Shown: positions 41,196 to 51,727 of the stretch, in pieces | Layout: the number at the start of each line of letters is the position of its first letter | How positions within the stretch are numbered: the first letter of the stretch is position 1 | Sequence record: OR327750.1 | DNA length: 64,000 nt | DNA from: Escherichia phage KK4 | Strand: one strand, 5' to 3' | Notes under the pieces: generated by a model | Told to the model about the DNA's origin: nothing | The model's database searches: none | The model's input: the letters and a program-made list of their open reading frames with translations, nothing else | Made by a program: the position numbers and the translations under genes

Positions 41196-42622
41196 TAAAA
41201 TTTTAATTCATTTGCCAAAGCATCTAACTGAGCTCGAGTCGATTCGTTTCTTTGATAGCGATTCTGCTCAGCTTGTATCTGTTGTGAACCTGCTACCTCA
41301 CTCACTTCAGTTGGAGTAGAATCTTGTTCAATTTCTACCCATTTCTGATTTCCTTTTTGAACACCCATCAAAAACTTATTCCATTTATTCTTATCACCAT
41401 ATCGTGATTTGATTTGCTTAATAAGTTGTTGTTCAGCAGCTGCTAACTCCTCGGTTTCAATGACCGCAAGCATAAAATCAGCTGTTGCTGGAAGACCGGC
41501 AGATTCTGCAATATCGCTCATGTTAACATCAGAAGAATCCCAAGCTTGTTTACCAACCTGTGCTGCAGTCCAAAGAACAGTTTCGGTTTCAACAGCAAGA
41601 GCACGTAATTCCTCTGCAATGGCTTTAACAGTTGTGTAACTATTTTCTGAGTAAACTCTAATGCGGCAAGATTTACAAATACCTAGATAGTCGACAATAA
41701 TGATTGTTGGAACAAAATTCTTCTTGAGCTTTAATTCGTTTAAAAGCGATCGAAATGTATTAGCATCTGCTCCACCAGTAGGATACTGTTTAACTATTAA
41801 ACGACCGAGAGTAGATTTCTCGCGCCATTTTTCCATTTTTCCTTTATACTCAGCGTAAGAAATATGCCCGTCATCAATGTCATCAAGAGAAACATCAAGC
41901 ATATTAGCATCAATACGTTTAGCACAGACTTCTTCTGCCATTTCCATGGAGATATAAAGAACGTTATGACCAAGCTGTAAATAATCCGCTGCTAATGAAC
42001 AAAGTCCTAATGATTTACCAACGTTAACACCAGCCATTAAAACGTTCAGTGTTCCTGTCTCAGCTCCGCCTTTAGTAATTTTGTTTAGAATTCTGAGTTT
42101 AAATGGAACTTTACGAGCTTTATTCATATAAGATAGCCAGCGTGCTTCGTAGTCATCCATCCAATCATGACCAACGTAGCTATCAAATGAAATTGATAAT
42201 GCTTGACGCATGATATCAGGAATAGCACCTACATCTGGCATTTTCTTATTTCGTTTTTCCGGAGGAAGCTCAGCATTAGTTTGAATTTCGATTATTTTAG
42301 ACGTAGCATTAAACATCGCCCTTTGCTGAACATATTTTTCTGTTTCTTTTACTAACCAACTGTGGTCTTCTGGAGAATCGGCTAGTTTTGAAATAAGTGT
42401 TTTTACACCAGAATATTCTGTTTCAGTAAATGAACTATTTTCTAATGCAACATTTAACGCATTAATAGATGGAACGCTATGGTACTCATTAACATGAGAT
42501 TTAATTAATTTGAACGTATTTTTAGCTGGACCACTTTCAAAATATTCTGAATCCATATATGGCCAAACTTTTGAAAAATAAGCTTGATCAAATATGAGAT
42601 GAGAAAGAATAATTTCTACCAC
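41195..42622 (-). CDS. 41: replicative DNA helicase gp41 (DnaB-like), GTG start
   Basis: 475 aa MVEIILSHLIFDQAYFSKVWP...; initiation codon is GTG. Confidence 0.92.
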   Translation of the reverse strand: MVEIILSHLIFDQAYFSKVWPYMDSEYFESGPAKNTFKLIKSHVNEYHSVPSINALNVALENSSFTETEYSGVKTLISKLADSPEDHSWLVKETEKYVQQRAMFNATSKIIEIQTNAELPPEKRNKKMPDVGAIPDIMRQALSISFDSYVGHDWMDDYEARWLSYMNKARKVPFKLRILNKITKGGAETGTLNVLMAGVNVGKSLGLCSLAADYLQLGHNVLYISMEMAEEVCAKRIDANMLDVSLDDIDDGHISYAEYKGKMEKWREKSTLGRLIVKQYPTGGADANTFRSLLNELKLKKNFVPTIIIVDYLGICKSCRIRVYSENSYTTVKAIAEELRALAVETETVLWTAAQVGKQAWDSSDVNMSDIAESAGLPATADFMLAVIETEELAAAEQQLIKQIKSRYGDKNKWNKFLMGVQKGNQKWVEIEQDSTPTEVSEVAGSQQIQAEQNRYQRNESTRAQLDALANELKF

Positions 42623-42631
42623 ACTTACTCC

Positions 42632-42976
42632 TTAAAAGAATTTAAACTTTTTCTTTGACCTTTTATTAAATGCATCTTGTAGTTGCATTGTAATACATTT
42701 TTCTACATGAGGAGCTAACTCAGCTTTTCTTTCTTGGTCAAGAACAGCAAAGTCCATTACGACTTTTCCATCAACCCAATCTAATTTTGTCACATACACA
42801 ATGTGTGTAGAACCATCTTCTAGTTTAATGACAATCTCCTGGATAACATTTTCCATGGCAGATTTAATTATCTTAAGAGACTCATTAAAAAGACGTTCTT
42901 TTCTTTCTTCTTCCCCCTCCGAAGAGGGGGATTCGTCGATAATTTCTAGATCTAAATCTAAATCATCTTTATTCAT
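42632..42976 (-). CDS. 40: head vertex assembly chaperone gp40
   Basis: 114 aa from ATG at 42974-42976; position between uvsX and 41. Confidence 0.75.
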   Translation of the reverse strand: MNKDDLDLDLEIIDESPSSEGEEERKERLFNESLKIIKSAMENVIQEIVIKLEDGSTHIVYVTKLDWVDGKVVMDFAVLDQERKAELAPHVEKCITMQLQDAFNKRSKKKFKFF

Positions 42977-44150
42977 TAAATTCTTCCATATCACTTAACT
43001 GTTCGAGGTCAGTTTCTAAATCAGCAGCTGATTTACTTTTACTTTCTGGAGATTTAAATTTTTCAACCTTTGAGTTAATCAATTCATCAACTTCAGCTTC
43101 AACAATTTCATTACTATCAATAGCACCTAACTGATAAGCACGTTTAATAGCATCTCGGAATGGTTGATGCTTAAATAAAGGACCCCAGAATGTAGTGCAG
43201 TTGGTATCTTTTGCACGCCAAGATTTTTCTTCGCGAATCATCTCGCCGGTTTCTTCATCAAGAAATTCACGAGCATACCAACCATTTTTAGGTTTTACTA
43301 CAAATCCTAATTCTAGAGCCATATCTAACAATCCAGAATAAGGATCAATACCACCGTCAAATTTAACATCAATAAAGAATTTACTTTTTTCTTTAACGGT
43401 ACGAGATTTTTCTACATTTAGAACAAATTGATACCCCTGAAGATCAGAACCATCTTTAATCTGACGCTTACCGATAATGAATACAGTATCAGCCGAATAC
43501 ATTACGCCTGTACCACCTGTCATCACGGTTTTACTAAACATTTCAATTGTTTCAATTGTATGGTTAACCGCAACACATGGAATATTTTTAATGCTAAAGT
43601 AAGGAGTAACAATACGGAATAATGACTTCAGTGATTTAGCACGAGTCATATCTGCCACAGATTTTTCATTCAAGGCATCTTCCGTTTCTTTCTTAGAAGC
43701 CATATTACCGATTGAGTCGATGAATACAATAACTTTTTCACCGCGCTCAATAGCTTCAAGCTGATTCACCATATCAATTTTTAGCTGTTCAACTGACTGA
43801 ATTGGCGTATGAATTACTCGTTCTGGGTCAACCCCCATGGATCGCAAATAAGCTGGAGTAATACCAAATTCGCTATCATAGAATAGACAAACCGCGTCAG
43901 GATATTTGTTCAAATATGCCGCAACCATAGTCAAAGACATATTTGATTTAAAGTGTTTAGAAGGCCCTGCGAAAATAGTTAAACCAGACTGCATACCGCC
44001 ATCAATCGCACCAGAAATAGCAATATTAAGCATTGGAATTTTTGTACGAATTACATCCTTTTCATTAAAGAATTTAGATGTAGTCAGTTCAGCAGTCATT
44101 TTAGAAGTGGAAGCTTTAATCAAACGGGATTTTAAATCTGCAATAGACAT
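42969..44150 (-). CDS. uvsX: UvsX recombinase (RecA-like)
   Basis: 393 aa MSIADLKSRLIKASTSK...; Walker A GPSKHFKS; acidic C-terminus. Confidence 0.92.
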   Translation of the reverse strand: MSIADLKSRLIKASTSKMTAELTTSKFFNEKDVIRTKIPMLNIAISGAIDGGMQSGLTIFAGPSKHFKSNMSLTMVAAYLNKYPDAVCLFYDSEFGITPAYLRSMGVDPERVIHTPIQSVEQLKIDMVNQLEAIERGEKVIVFIDSIGNMASKKETEDALNEKSVADMTRAKSLKSLFRIVTPYFSIKNIPCVAVNHTIETIEMFSKTVMTGGTGVMYSADTVFIIGKRQIKDGSDLQGYQFVLNVEKSRTVKEKSKFFIDVKFDGGIDPYSGLLDMALELGFVVKPKNGWYAREFLDEETGEMIREEKSWRAKDTNCTTFWGPLFKHQPFRDAIKRAYQLGAIDSNEIVEAEVDELINSKVEKFKSPESKSKSAADLETDLEQLSDMEEFNE

Positions 44151-44227
44151 TCATTTTTTCCATAGGCATCATTATATTTTCCTCACTGGTTAAAGATAGA
44201 GTAATTATAACACAATAAATTTAGGCA

Positions 44228-45070
44228 TTAATCAACTGCTATTGGATGAATAGCATTAAACTTATGAAATGCTTCTGATTTTTCTTTACGCGAAACGCAC
44301 ATGCGAAGAACCTTTAATGGCTCGTCTTCTTCACCCAACGATTTTCGTTTTTCAATATTAGAAGTTTTCCAACGAGCTTGCTCTGGAAACTCTCTATTGA
44401 TTTGCTCAAGCGCTCTATTATGTTTAGAATTACTACGAATTGAACTACATCCACCGGGAGCGTGTGATTTTCCAGATACAACTAGATATTTGAACAATGC
44501 CAAATGCGGATAACCTTGATTAATTAAATTGAGAAATGCATACATATCTTCGCATAAATCAATTTTTCCATACCCAATTTGTTCTGTCGTAAGTTTTCCG
44601 AGGTCATACCATGTATTCGTGAATCCATATGAGTTTTCACGATAATTACCCCAAGATGAAGTAATTTTAAAAATTGGTAGACGAGCATGACCGTGATAAT
44701 ACCCGCAATCCATGGCATCTTCAACATATTGAATCAATTCATAGAACTGTTCACGAGTTAATTGATTAATTTTATCTACACGCCGTTTATCGTCTCTCTT
44801 TCGTATTGAACTCATACGAATAGTAGTATCATCATCAATCATCCAGATTCGTTGACCTGCATACATATCAGTAATTGCTTTACGAGTTCCAGCAATTCCG
44901 TTTACATCATCAGGAATAGTTATAATTTTAGCTCTAAACCCATAGGCATCATAATAAGCTTTTTCTTCATGTTCACGCACTACAATATGCGGTTCATAAT
45001 CAGTCGGAAACATATCAAGGGCAGAAACTGCCCCGACACGCTGATAACTTGGAATTACGAATTGAATCAT
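44228..45070 (-). CDS. putative GT-A glycosyltransferase at the beta-gt locus (candidate beta-glucosyl-HMC-alpha-glucosyltransferase)
   Basis: 280 aa; DxD-type motif WMIDDDTTI; not the 351-aa T4 beta-gt; ATG overlaps gene 42 stop. Confidence 0.55.
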   Translation of the reverse strand: MIQFVIPSYQRVGAVSALDMFPTDYEPHIVVREHEEKAYYDAYGFRAKIITIPDDVNGIAGTRKAITDMYAGQRIWMIDDDTTIRMSSIRKRDDKRRVDKINQLTREQFYELIQYVEDAMDCGYYHGHARLPIFKITSSWGNYRENSYGFTNTWYDLGKLTTEQIGYGKIDLCEDMYAFLNLINQGYPHLALFKYLVVSGKSHAPGGCSSIRSNSKHNRALEQINREFPEQARWKTSNIEKRKSLGEEDEPLKVLRMCVSRKEKSEAFHKFNAIHPIAVD

Positions 45071-45807
45071 TTCCACTCACCGTTATAATCTTTTTTCACA
45101 ATATGAGTTTCGCCAGTATTCCACCAATGATCAACCAAGTAAAAATGACGAGAATATACATGAAGACTTCCAACATTCCATATAATAGAACCTGCTTTAT
45201 ACTGACGAGTTGAATCGCCTGCATTCAAATCAGATACTAATTTATCTAGTACGTATTTTTGCCATGCATAATCATTGCGGAATCCGAAGACCACATCATT
45301 TGAGCGCATGCTTACTACTGCATTGACTTTCTTATCACGAATCAGGTACTGTACTGTATTAGTACACATGAAATCTGACATACCATCTTTATTGTAGTCA
45401 AATTGCATGGATGGACGAGTATAAATCATGATACCACGTCGAGAATCAGGATTTTGACCAAGTTCAGCTAAACACATATCATACTGGGCATAGTTATCTT
45501 CTGACCAAATAGCCCAACCATAATTCGAGTTAATTTCACCTTTAGAAGATGCTACTTGTTGCCAAATCTTCGGTGTTTCACCTGGAATATCTTTAACAAA
45601 CAAGCTTTTAGATTTATACCATTCAAGTTCACGCTGAATGTATTCATCATTAAGAGCGCCAAAAATAAACGGTTCATCTGCTACAAATGATGCGCCAATA
45701 ATTTCAATAGTTTTAACGCCAGTTTTATCAACTACGAAATCTTTTTCTTTTAATGCAAGCCCCAAATGAAGACGGATTTCTTCAACTGTCATAGAGTCAC
45801 TAATCAT
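45067..45807 (-). CDS. 42: dCMP hydroxymethylase gp42
   Basis: 246 aa MISDSMTVEEIRLHLGLALKEKDFVVDKTG... Confidence 0.93.
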   Translation of the reverse strand: MISDSMTVEEIRLHLGLALKEKDFVVDKTGVKTIEIIGASFVADEPFIFGALNDEYIQRELEWYKSKSLFVKDIPGETPKIWQQVASSKGEINSNYGWAIWSEDNYAQYDMCLAELGQNPDSRRGIMIYTRPSMQFDYNKDGMSDFMCTNTVQYLIRDKKVNAVVSMRSNDVVFGFRNDYAWQKYVLDKLVSDLNAGDSTRQYKAGSIIWNVGSLHVYSRHFYLVDHWWNTGETHIVKKDYNGEWK

Positions 45808-45814
45808 TTAAACC

Positions 45815-45964
45815 TCAATTGATACATTCATATTTAACTTGTAACAGTAATAAACCCCAACCTAAAATAATAGTTGGAATCATAAGAGGAACCGTTACAC
45901 TATAGTATATACTTATTATAACCATCAAGATTAAAAGCAATGCTGCTATAATTTTGCTTTTCAT
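45815..45964 (-). CDS. small membrane protein (49 aa) between 42 and imm
   Basis: hand-translated MKSKIIAALLLILMVIISIYYSVTVPLMIP...; ATGA overlap with imm stop. Confidence 0.4.
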   Translation of the reverse strand: MKSKIIAALLLILMVIISIYYSVTVPLMIPTIILGWGLLLLQVKYECIN

Positions 45965-46212
45965 TCCTTCTCTCTGATGATAATTACCTGATTTGGCTGT
46001 GCAGACTTTTTGGTTTCACCCGCAATTGACCAAATAAATGTAATAAACCAACCAATAATTGACCAGTTAAACAGCAAAGATGTGAAAAAGATTCCTACTG
46101 TCGATTTTGACCCACGCATCAAGGCGATAAACCATGGAAGCATGTATATAATAATAGCCAACACACCTGAAACTAAAACCATAAAAATTGAACCTGCTAC
46201 TAAAGTTTCCAT
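45961..46212 (-). CDS. imm: superinfection immunity protein Imm
   Basis: 83 aa METLVAGSIFMVLVSGVLAIIIYMLPWFIALMRG... Confidence 0.9.
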   Translation of the reverse strand: METLVAGSIFMVLVSGVLAIIIYMLPWFIALMRGSKSTVGIFFTSLLFNWSIIGWFITFIWSIAGETKKSAQPNQVIIIREKE

Positions 46213-46219
46213 GTTTTCC

Positions 46220-46600
46220 TCACTTAGTCAAATTTTTTACACATGAATTATAAGAATTCACTACATACTCCATCGGAGCATTTTTACCTGTACGCCACTG
46301 GTAATTATTAGCCCAATTTGCCCAAAGCTCGGCACAGTAGTTTTCAATTTTTTCTTCGCGCGTAATTACATCAGAATTACGATATGCTTGAGCAGATTCA
46401 TCTGGACGAATAGCTTCGTCAAAATTCGCCTGCATTTGTTCTACTGTTTGCTTTGGAGCTTCTTTATAACACTTGACATTAGGATTATAAAATTTGCTTG
46501 AACAGTTTACAATTTTTCCTACATCAGACTGATTTACTACCGGTCCTTGAGCTACACAACCAGTAAGACCTAATGCAATAACCAAAATAGCGATTTTCAT
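46220..46600 (-). CDS. putative lipoprotein (126 aa)
   Basis: ATG at 46598-46600 with GGAG SD; lipobox LTGC. Confidence 0.55.
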   Translation of the reverse strand: MKIAILVIALGLTGCVAQGPVVNQSDVGKIVNCSSKFYNPNVKCYKEAPKQTVEQMQANFDEAIRPDESAQAYRNSDVITREEKIENYCAELWANWANNYQWRTGKNAPMEYVVNSYNSCVKNLTK

Positions 46601-46634
46601 TTCATTCTCCAAATCCGTATCAGTTGATAGTTGT

Positions 46635-46664
46635 ATAGTACCATGGAAGAACATGGATGTAAAC
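46635..46664 (-). promoter_or_regulatory. early promoter cassette with stem-loop
   Basis: revcomp GTTTAC 46659-46664, TACTAT 46635-46640, CCATG..CATGG stem. Confidence 0.5.
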
Positions 46665-46752
46665 AGTTTTGTGAAAAAATTTTTAGGGAATTCTAAAGGT
46701 CCAGAATCATCTGTTTTTCATAAGTATAGATTTATATTACTTGTATGAAAAA

Positions 46753-46770
46753 AGGGACCCGGAGGTCCCT
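46753..46770 (-). terminator. intrinsic terminator after gene 43
   Basis: GGGACC-UCCG-GGUCCC then UUUUUU on - strand, 12 nt after gp43 stop. Confidence 0.65.
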
Positions 46771-46782
46771 AGATTTATTCTA

Positions 46783-49479
46783 TCAACCAAACAGGAAGTC
46801 TAACGAAGCTTTTTCTTCATAGTCCATACCTGCCGATTCACACATGCCTGCAAGCGGTTTAACAAACGATTTTTGGAACAAAGTTGAGTAGTCAATCCAA
46901 GATAGTACATCAGAACGAATTTCTTTTGGAAGTTCTGTGCCCGACGGCCAAGCAATACACTTGTCACCAAATGGATTTCCTTCACGTAATGGAAGAACCA
47001 TTACTTTATTTCCATCCAAAATTGGAGCTACACCTAGACCACTAACAGCTCGACGATAAGTTAGCACACCGCGAATATGGAACGGGCATTTAAATCCTGG
47101 CCAACCTTTATCATCATATTTCGCTATATCGTTCGCAGTTTTTACTTCAGCAATAACTTTATAGTCGAGTTGACGATATTCTTTCTCGAAGTTCTTGTAA
47201 TATTCTTGGACAGACTCTTCACCTTCCTGAAGAATACGACGAATACTTTCTTCGAGAGCTTCTTGCACCGCCTTTGGTGTTGAACTCTGCTGAGTTTCCA
47301 TACCCATGATTTTTAGATGCGGTTCAGCAAATCGCTTATCTTCCATATCATAAACGTTCAGAGCATAACGCTTTTTCGCTTTCCAAAATCCACCAACACC
47401 CTTTGAACCAAGCGGAGGGCAAGAAATAGCTTCACGGTCCATATGCATCAGATGCTCGCGGTTATTCATATAATCACATAACTCACGATATGCAACATCA
47501 ATCATAGGTTCCATCTTTTTCTTACCGAACTGATTCATGAATTCAACTAAATCGTTCTGCTCTTTGAATCGGTCAAGACCAACTTTTTCAATAACTTTAT
47601 CTACACAAACATATACCGAATCAGTATCACCTGCTGCAATGAAATCTTCATCATTAGTTCCGCATACTTTATTCAGATATTCATTAATTTTACGAGCAAT
47701 CCACTGAATACCAACTTGGCCGAAAATTGTGATAGCAGTAGCATTTCGCAAATCATAGTAACGAAAATGAATATTACCAAGAGCACCATAAAGACTGTTA
47801 ATAAGAATTTTACGGTTCAACTGATTTGTGTTAGCAAGTGTAGCTGCTTTTTCACATTCCTCAATCAGACTATTGAGAACAGATTCAGTATAATTCGATA
47901 GTTCATTTAAGAAATCATCACTGAACTTAACATATCGTTCAACTTCTGGTTTAGTTGAACAAGACCCTGCACCTTTCATAATAATCTTTTTAATAGCTTC
48001 GGCATTCATTTCTTCAGCGAACATTTTCTTTTTCCAATCTTTACGCTGGAAAAATACTTTAGCGATTTCCTTTGGAATGATACCTTCTTGATGCTTATCA
48101 TACATCCATCCATTCGGAGAACAAGAATATTCATCACTCGGTTTAGGAGCTGTTCCTGCGATATATTCATGAATTGGATGAACTTTAAACTGACCACGAA
48201 TAGTCTCAGGACTAATGTTAACCTGACGAATAATGCTCGGATACAGAGACGTCAAGTCAAAACTCATAATGTATCGACGAGCAATTGGTTTAGGTTCAAA
48301 CACAAATGCACCCGGAAAACTCTGTTTAACGTGCGAACCTTGTTGAGGAATAACCTTATGTTCACCTTTCAATGAGTTAAAAATAATAGCATCCCAAGTT
48401 TTAATAGGACTCATTACACCGGAAAAAGGCATTTTAGCGTAATAAGACATACTTAAAACTAGATCGATAAACCCACGAATTTTATCAATTGCTTGAACTG
48501 ATTCTACGTCAATGATGTTATAACTAATGTATCGTTGATGATTAGTCTCACGAAGTTTATTAATAGGACCGTCGTATGGTAATTTACCTTTTTTGGTTTC
48601 ATGTTGAGCAACTGATTCCAAAGAGAATGACGGCAAATTAGTAAATGCGAATTTCTTATACAAATCTAAATAATCAAGAATAGATACGCCATCAATAGAA
48701 TAAATTTCTTTGCTACCGTACATATTTTGAATTAGTTTAGATTTTACCCGACCGATTGGAGAGAAGCGTTTCATACTACGTTCGCCCAGAATCATTTTAA
48801 CACGATTCATGATATACGGAACGTCAAACCCCTCAATATTCCAACCGGTAAAAATAGCAGGTCGTTTCTGTTCCCAGAGATTGATATATTCCATGAGCAT
48901 ATCACGCTCATTATCGAATGGCATATAAATTACTCTGTCAAGAATTTCTTGAGGAACTTCATCACCACCTTCACAGTCAAGCTTAGCAGCTAACTTTGCA
49001 TCCCATTTTGATACTGAACCATACATTGAATTCAAAAGGTCGAAAACATAAAAACGATCATCAATTGAATCATAATGAGTGATAGCATCAATTTCATATT
49101 CTGCTTTCATTGGGTCAGGAAATTTATCGCCAGTAACCTCAATGTCACAGTTAGCTACACGAACAAATTTTCGGTCATAAACAATTTCTGAACCATATGT
49201 ATCACTGATATAAGCGAGTTTAAAATCGTTCATACCGAGAGCTTCGAGACCGATGTCTTCCATTCGCTTCATCCAATCTCGTGCATCTTTCATTGATGGA
49301 AATTTTTGAGGAGCGCAGTTTTTACCGTAAATGTCTTTGTATTTTGATTCTTCCTTACAATGTCTAAACATAGTCGGAAGATATTCTACTTCGCGAGTAC
49401 GTTCCTTTCCATTTTCATCAATATAACGTTCAACAATATTATTTCCGACTGTTTCGATAGAGATATAAAATTCTTTCAT
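46783..49479 (-). CDS. 43: DNA polymerase gp43 (family B)
   Basis: 898 aa MKEFYISIETVGNNIVERYIDENGKERTREVEY... Confidence 0.95.
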   Translation of the reverse strand: MKEFYISIETVGNNIVERYIDENGKERTREVEYLPTMFRHCKEESKYKDIYGKNCAPQKFPSMKDARDWMKRMEDIGLEALGMNDFKLAYISDTYGSEIVYDRKFVRVANCDIEVTGDKFPDPMKAEYEIDAITHYDSIDDRFYVFDLLNSMYGSVSKWDAKLAAKLDCEGGDEVPQEILDRVIYMPFDNERDMLMEYINLWEQKRPAIFTGWNIEGFDVPYIMNRVKMILGERSMKRFSPIGRVKSKLIQNMYGSKEIYSIDGVSILDYLDLYKKFAFTNLPSFSLESVAQHETKKGKLPYDGPINKLRETNHQRYISYNIIDVESVQAIDKIRGFIDLVLSMSYYAKMPFSGVMSPIKTWDAIIFNSLKGEHKVIPQQGSHVKQSFPGAFVFEPKPIARRYIMSFDLTSLYPSIIRQVNISPETIRGQFKVHPIHEYIAGTAPKPSDEYSCSPNGWMYDKHQEGIIPKEIAKVFFQRKDWKKKMFAEEMNAEAIKKIIMKGAGSCSTKPEVERYVKFSDDFLNELSNYTESVLNSLIEECEKAATLANTNQLNRKILINSLYGALGNIHFRYYDLRNATAITIFGQVGIQWIARKINEYLNKVCGTNDEDFIAAGDTDSVYVCVDKVIEKVGLDRFKEQNDLVEFMNQFGKKKMEPMIDVAYRELCDYMNNREHLMHMDREAISCPPLGSKGVGGFWKAKKRYALNVYDMEDKRFAEPHLKIMGMETQQSSTPKAVQEALEESIRRILQEGEESVQEYYKNFEKEYRQLDYKVIAEVKTANDIAKYDDKGWPGFKCPFHIRGVLTYRRAVSGLGVAPILDGNKVMVLPLREGNPFGDKCIAWPSGTELPKEIRSDVLSWIDYSTLFQKSFVKPLAGMCESAGMDYEEKASLDFLFG

Positions 49480-49538
49480 AGATATTCCTTAGTTTATAGC
49501 CCGAGTTATTAGGCTCTTGATATATTATACTCCAAATA

Positions 49539-49556
49539 AGGGGCCGAAGCCCCTTG
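49539..49556 (-). other. CUUCGG RNA hairpin upstream of gene 43 operator region
   Basis: AAGGGGC-UUCG-GCCCCUU about 60 nt upstream of gp43 ATG. Confidence 0.5.
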
Positions 49557-49781
49557 CTTAAATTAAGTACTATTTGTCGGGTGAAAATTGTCAATCCATC
49601 TGCATTAATTGACTTAACGACTGCAGTAAAGTGTTTTTGTTCTGGGTGAATTAATTTTTGAAATTCTACCTGAAATTTTAGTTGAAGGTTTTCTGGTAAA
49701 TCGAAAAGTGTTTCTGTTGCAGAAAGATTATATTTTTCTTTAAGAGACGCCATGTATTCTTGTGGAGTTATAGCAGTCATA

Positions 49782-50150
49782 TTAATTACCAATCGTATAT
49801 TTAGGAACGAGTTTCCATTCATGTTTTTGTTTAAAAGAAATAACTCGGAAGTTATTAGTTAAATCTTTCATAAAAGTTCTTTGACCGGGAACGATTTCAA
49901 TCAGTCCCCAATCTTCTAACAACCATGCAATCGAATCACGACGAACTTCATCTTCTTCTGTCATTTCAACTTGGCGACCATCCATACGAAGCATTTCTTT
50001 AAAATGAACGATATAGTATAGTCCTTTTTTCTGAAGAATATGACAGGACTGATACAGAACTTTATCTTTATTATTAGCAATTCCCATACGAGTCAAAGTT
50101 TCTTTTACTTTCAGAAAATCTTCAGGTTTTTTAAGAGTAATTTCAATCAT
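49782..50150 (-). CDS. regA: translational repressor RegA
   Basis: 122 aa MIEITLKKPEDFLKVKETLTRMGIANNKDKVLYQSCHILQKKGLYYIVHFKEM... Confidence 0.9.
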   Translation of the reverse strand: MIEITLKKPEDFLKVKETLTRMGIANNKDKVLYQSCHILQKKGLYYIVHFKEMLRMDGRQVEMTEEDEVRRDSIAWLLEDWGLIEIVPGQRTFMKDLTNNFRVISFKQKHEWKLVPKYTIGN

Positions 50151-50151
50151 T

Positions 50152-50715
50152 TTACCATTCCAATGCTAGTTTTTTGAGTTGTTTCTGTTCTTTTACGTTC
50201 TTAGTCACTTCTTTCAAAAAATCATCCGTGACTAAACCTTTTAGTTCTTTTAATACTAAAGGAAGTTTTCCATTTTTATTAAGAATTGATTTATAGTTAA
50301 TTGCATCATTTGTATTAACTTGATACCGTTTAGCAAGTAACTTAATAATCAATACTTCGGTAGAATCTTCAACCAGTTTTGCCCATTTACCATATCTTTT
50401 ACCCCGAGGAACAGCAGCCATTAGATAATTAAAATGAGCTTCATCGCTTAAGCCTGATCCAATTAAATTCATAGCATATACAGCTGGCATGCACTCTGGA
50501 AATTGTGATAATGCATTCTCAACCATGAATTTTGAATAATCTTTTTGAGCAATAGAGCATTTAGTTTTATTATTAATAGCTCCAATTATTTCAAAAAACT
50601 CGTTTTCAGCTTTTTCTTTAAAAGAATCAGCAGCGGATTGGACAGCTGTCCAATCTTTTGAATACCAAGCAACTTGATGCTCGTTTAATTGAATATCATC
50701 TTCAAATAAGCTCAT
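50152..50715 (-). CDS. 62: clamp loader small subunit gp62
   Basis: 187 aa from ATG at 50713-50715 ([22 protein letters not shown]...). Confidence 0.9.
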   Translation of the reverse strand: MSLFEDDIQLNEHQVAWYSKDWTAVQSAADSFKEKAENEFFEIIGAINNKTKCSIAQKDYSKFMVENALSQFPECMPAVYAMNLIGSGLSDEAHFNYLMAAVPRGKRYGKWAKLVEDSTEVLIIKLLAKRYQVNTNDAINYKSILNKNGKLPLVLKELKGLVTDDFLKEVTKNVKEQKQLKKLALEW

Positions 50716-50716
50716 A

Positions 50717-51676
50717 TCACTTCCACTGCATTTCACATGCTAACTGAATGAAAAGATAAGCTAGATGCAATTCAGTATTAGCTGCAATACCATGATACTG
50801 ATTATTTTCGCCGACAATTTCGTACATACGAATAATACTTTGTGGAGTTACACGTGAATAGATTTCTTCGGCAAGTTTACCAACGAACCACGAATAATCA
50901 GCTGCATATTTTGGTGCTAAAGCTCTGAGTTGTTTAACATCTTTATTTTTGAGAGACTCAAGAACATCATCAATAGCACCACGATCGTTAGTAACCAGTG
51001 ATAAAATACCAGCATCCAAAACACCTTTAGATGAATAACTATCGAGCTCGCCAATAGTTTTACGAAAATCAGGAAAATTCTTTTTAACCAAAGCTGCTAC
51101 AACTTTCATATCAGCTATAGCAATTCCTTCATGCTTACAGATTTCAGTCAATCGACGAATCATCTGCTTCATCATTTCAATTTTATCTTCATCGGTCGGT
51201 TGACCGAATGTAATAACTCGGCAGCGTGACTGAAGCGGTTTAATAATACCATCAATATTGTTAGCAGTAATAATAATACTACAGTTTGAACTATAAGCTT
51301 CCATAAAGGAACGAAGATGTCGCTGAGACTCTGCTAACCCTGAGCGGTCAAATTCATCAATAACGATTACTTTTTGACGACCATCAAATGAAGCGGCGCT
51401 GGCAAAATTAGTCAAAGGACCACGAACGAAATCAATTTTACAATCTGATCCATTCACAAACATCATATCAGCATTTACATCATGACACAATGCTTTTGCT
51501 ACAGTTGTTTTACCTGTTCCTGGAGAAGGAGAATGAAGAATAATATGTGGAATCTTACCTTTACTTGTAATAGATTTAAAGGTTTCTTTATCAAAGGCGG
51601 GAAGAATACATTCATCGATAGTAGATGGACGATATTTTTGTTCAAGAATGTGTTCTTTTTCATTTACGGTAATCAT
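50717..51676 (-). CDS. 44: clamp loader ATPase subunit gp44
   Basis: 319 aa [26 protein letters not shown]...; Walker [11 protein letters not shown]. Confidence 0.92.
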
Positions 51677-51710
51677 AATTTCCTCATTCAAGTTTTAGTG
51701 TAAATTATAA

Positions 51711-51724
51711 AGGGCCGAAGCCCT
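51711..51724 (-). other. intercistronic CUUCGG hairpin between gene 45 and gene 44
   Basis: AGGGC-UUCG-GCCCU between gp45 stop and gp44 SD. Confidence 0.5.
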
Positions 51725-51727
51725 CTA

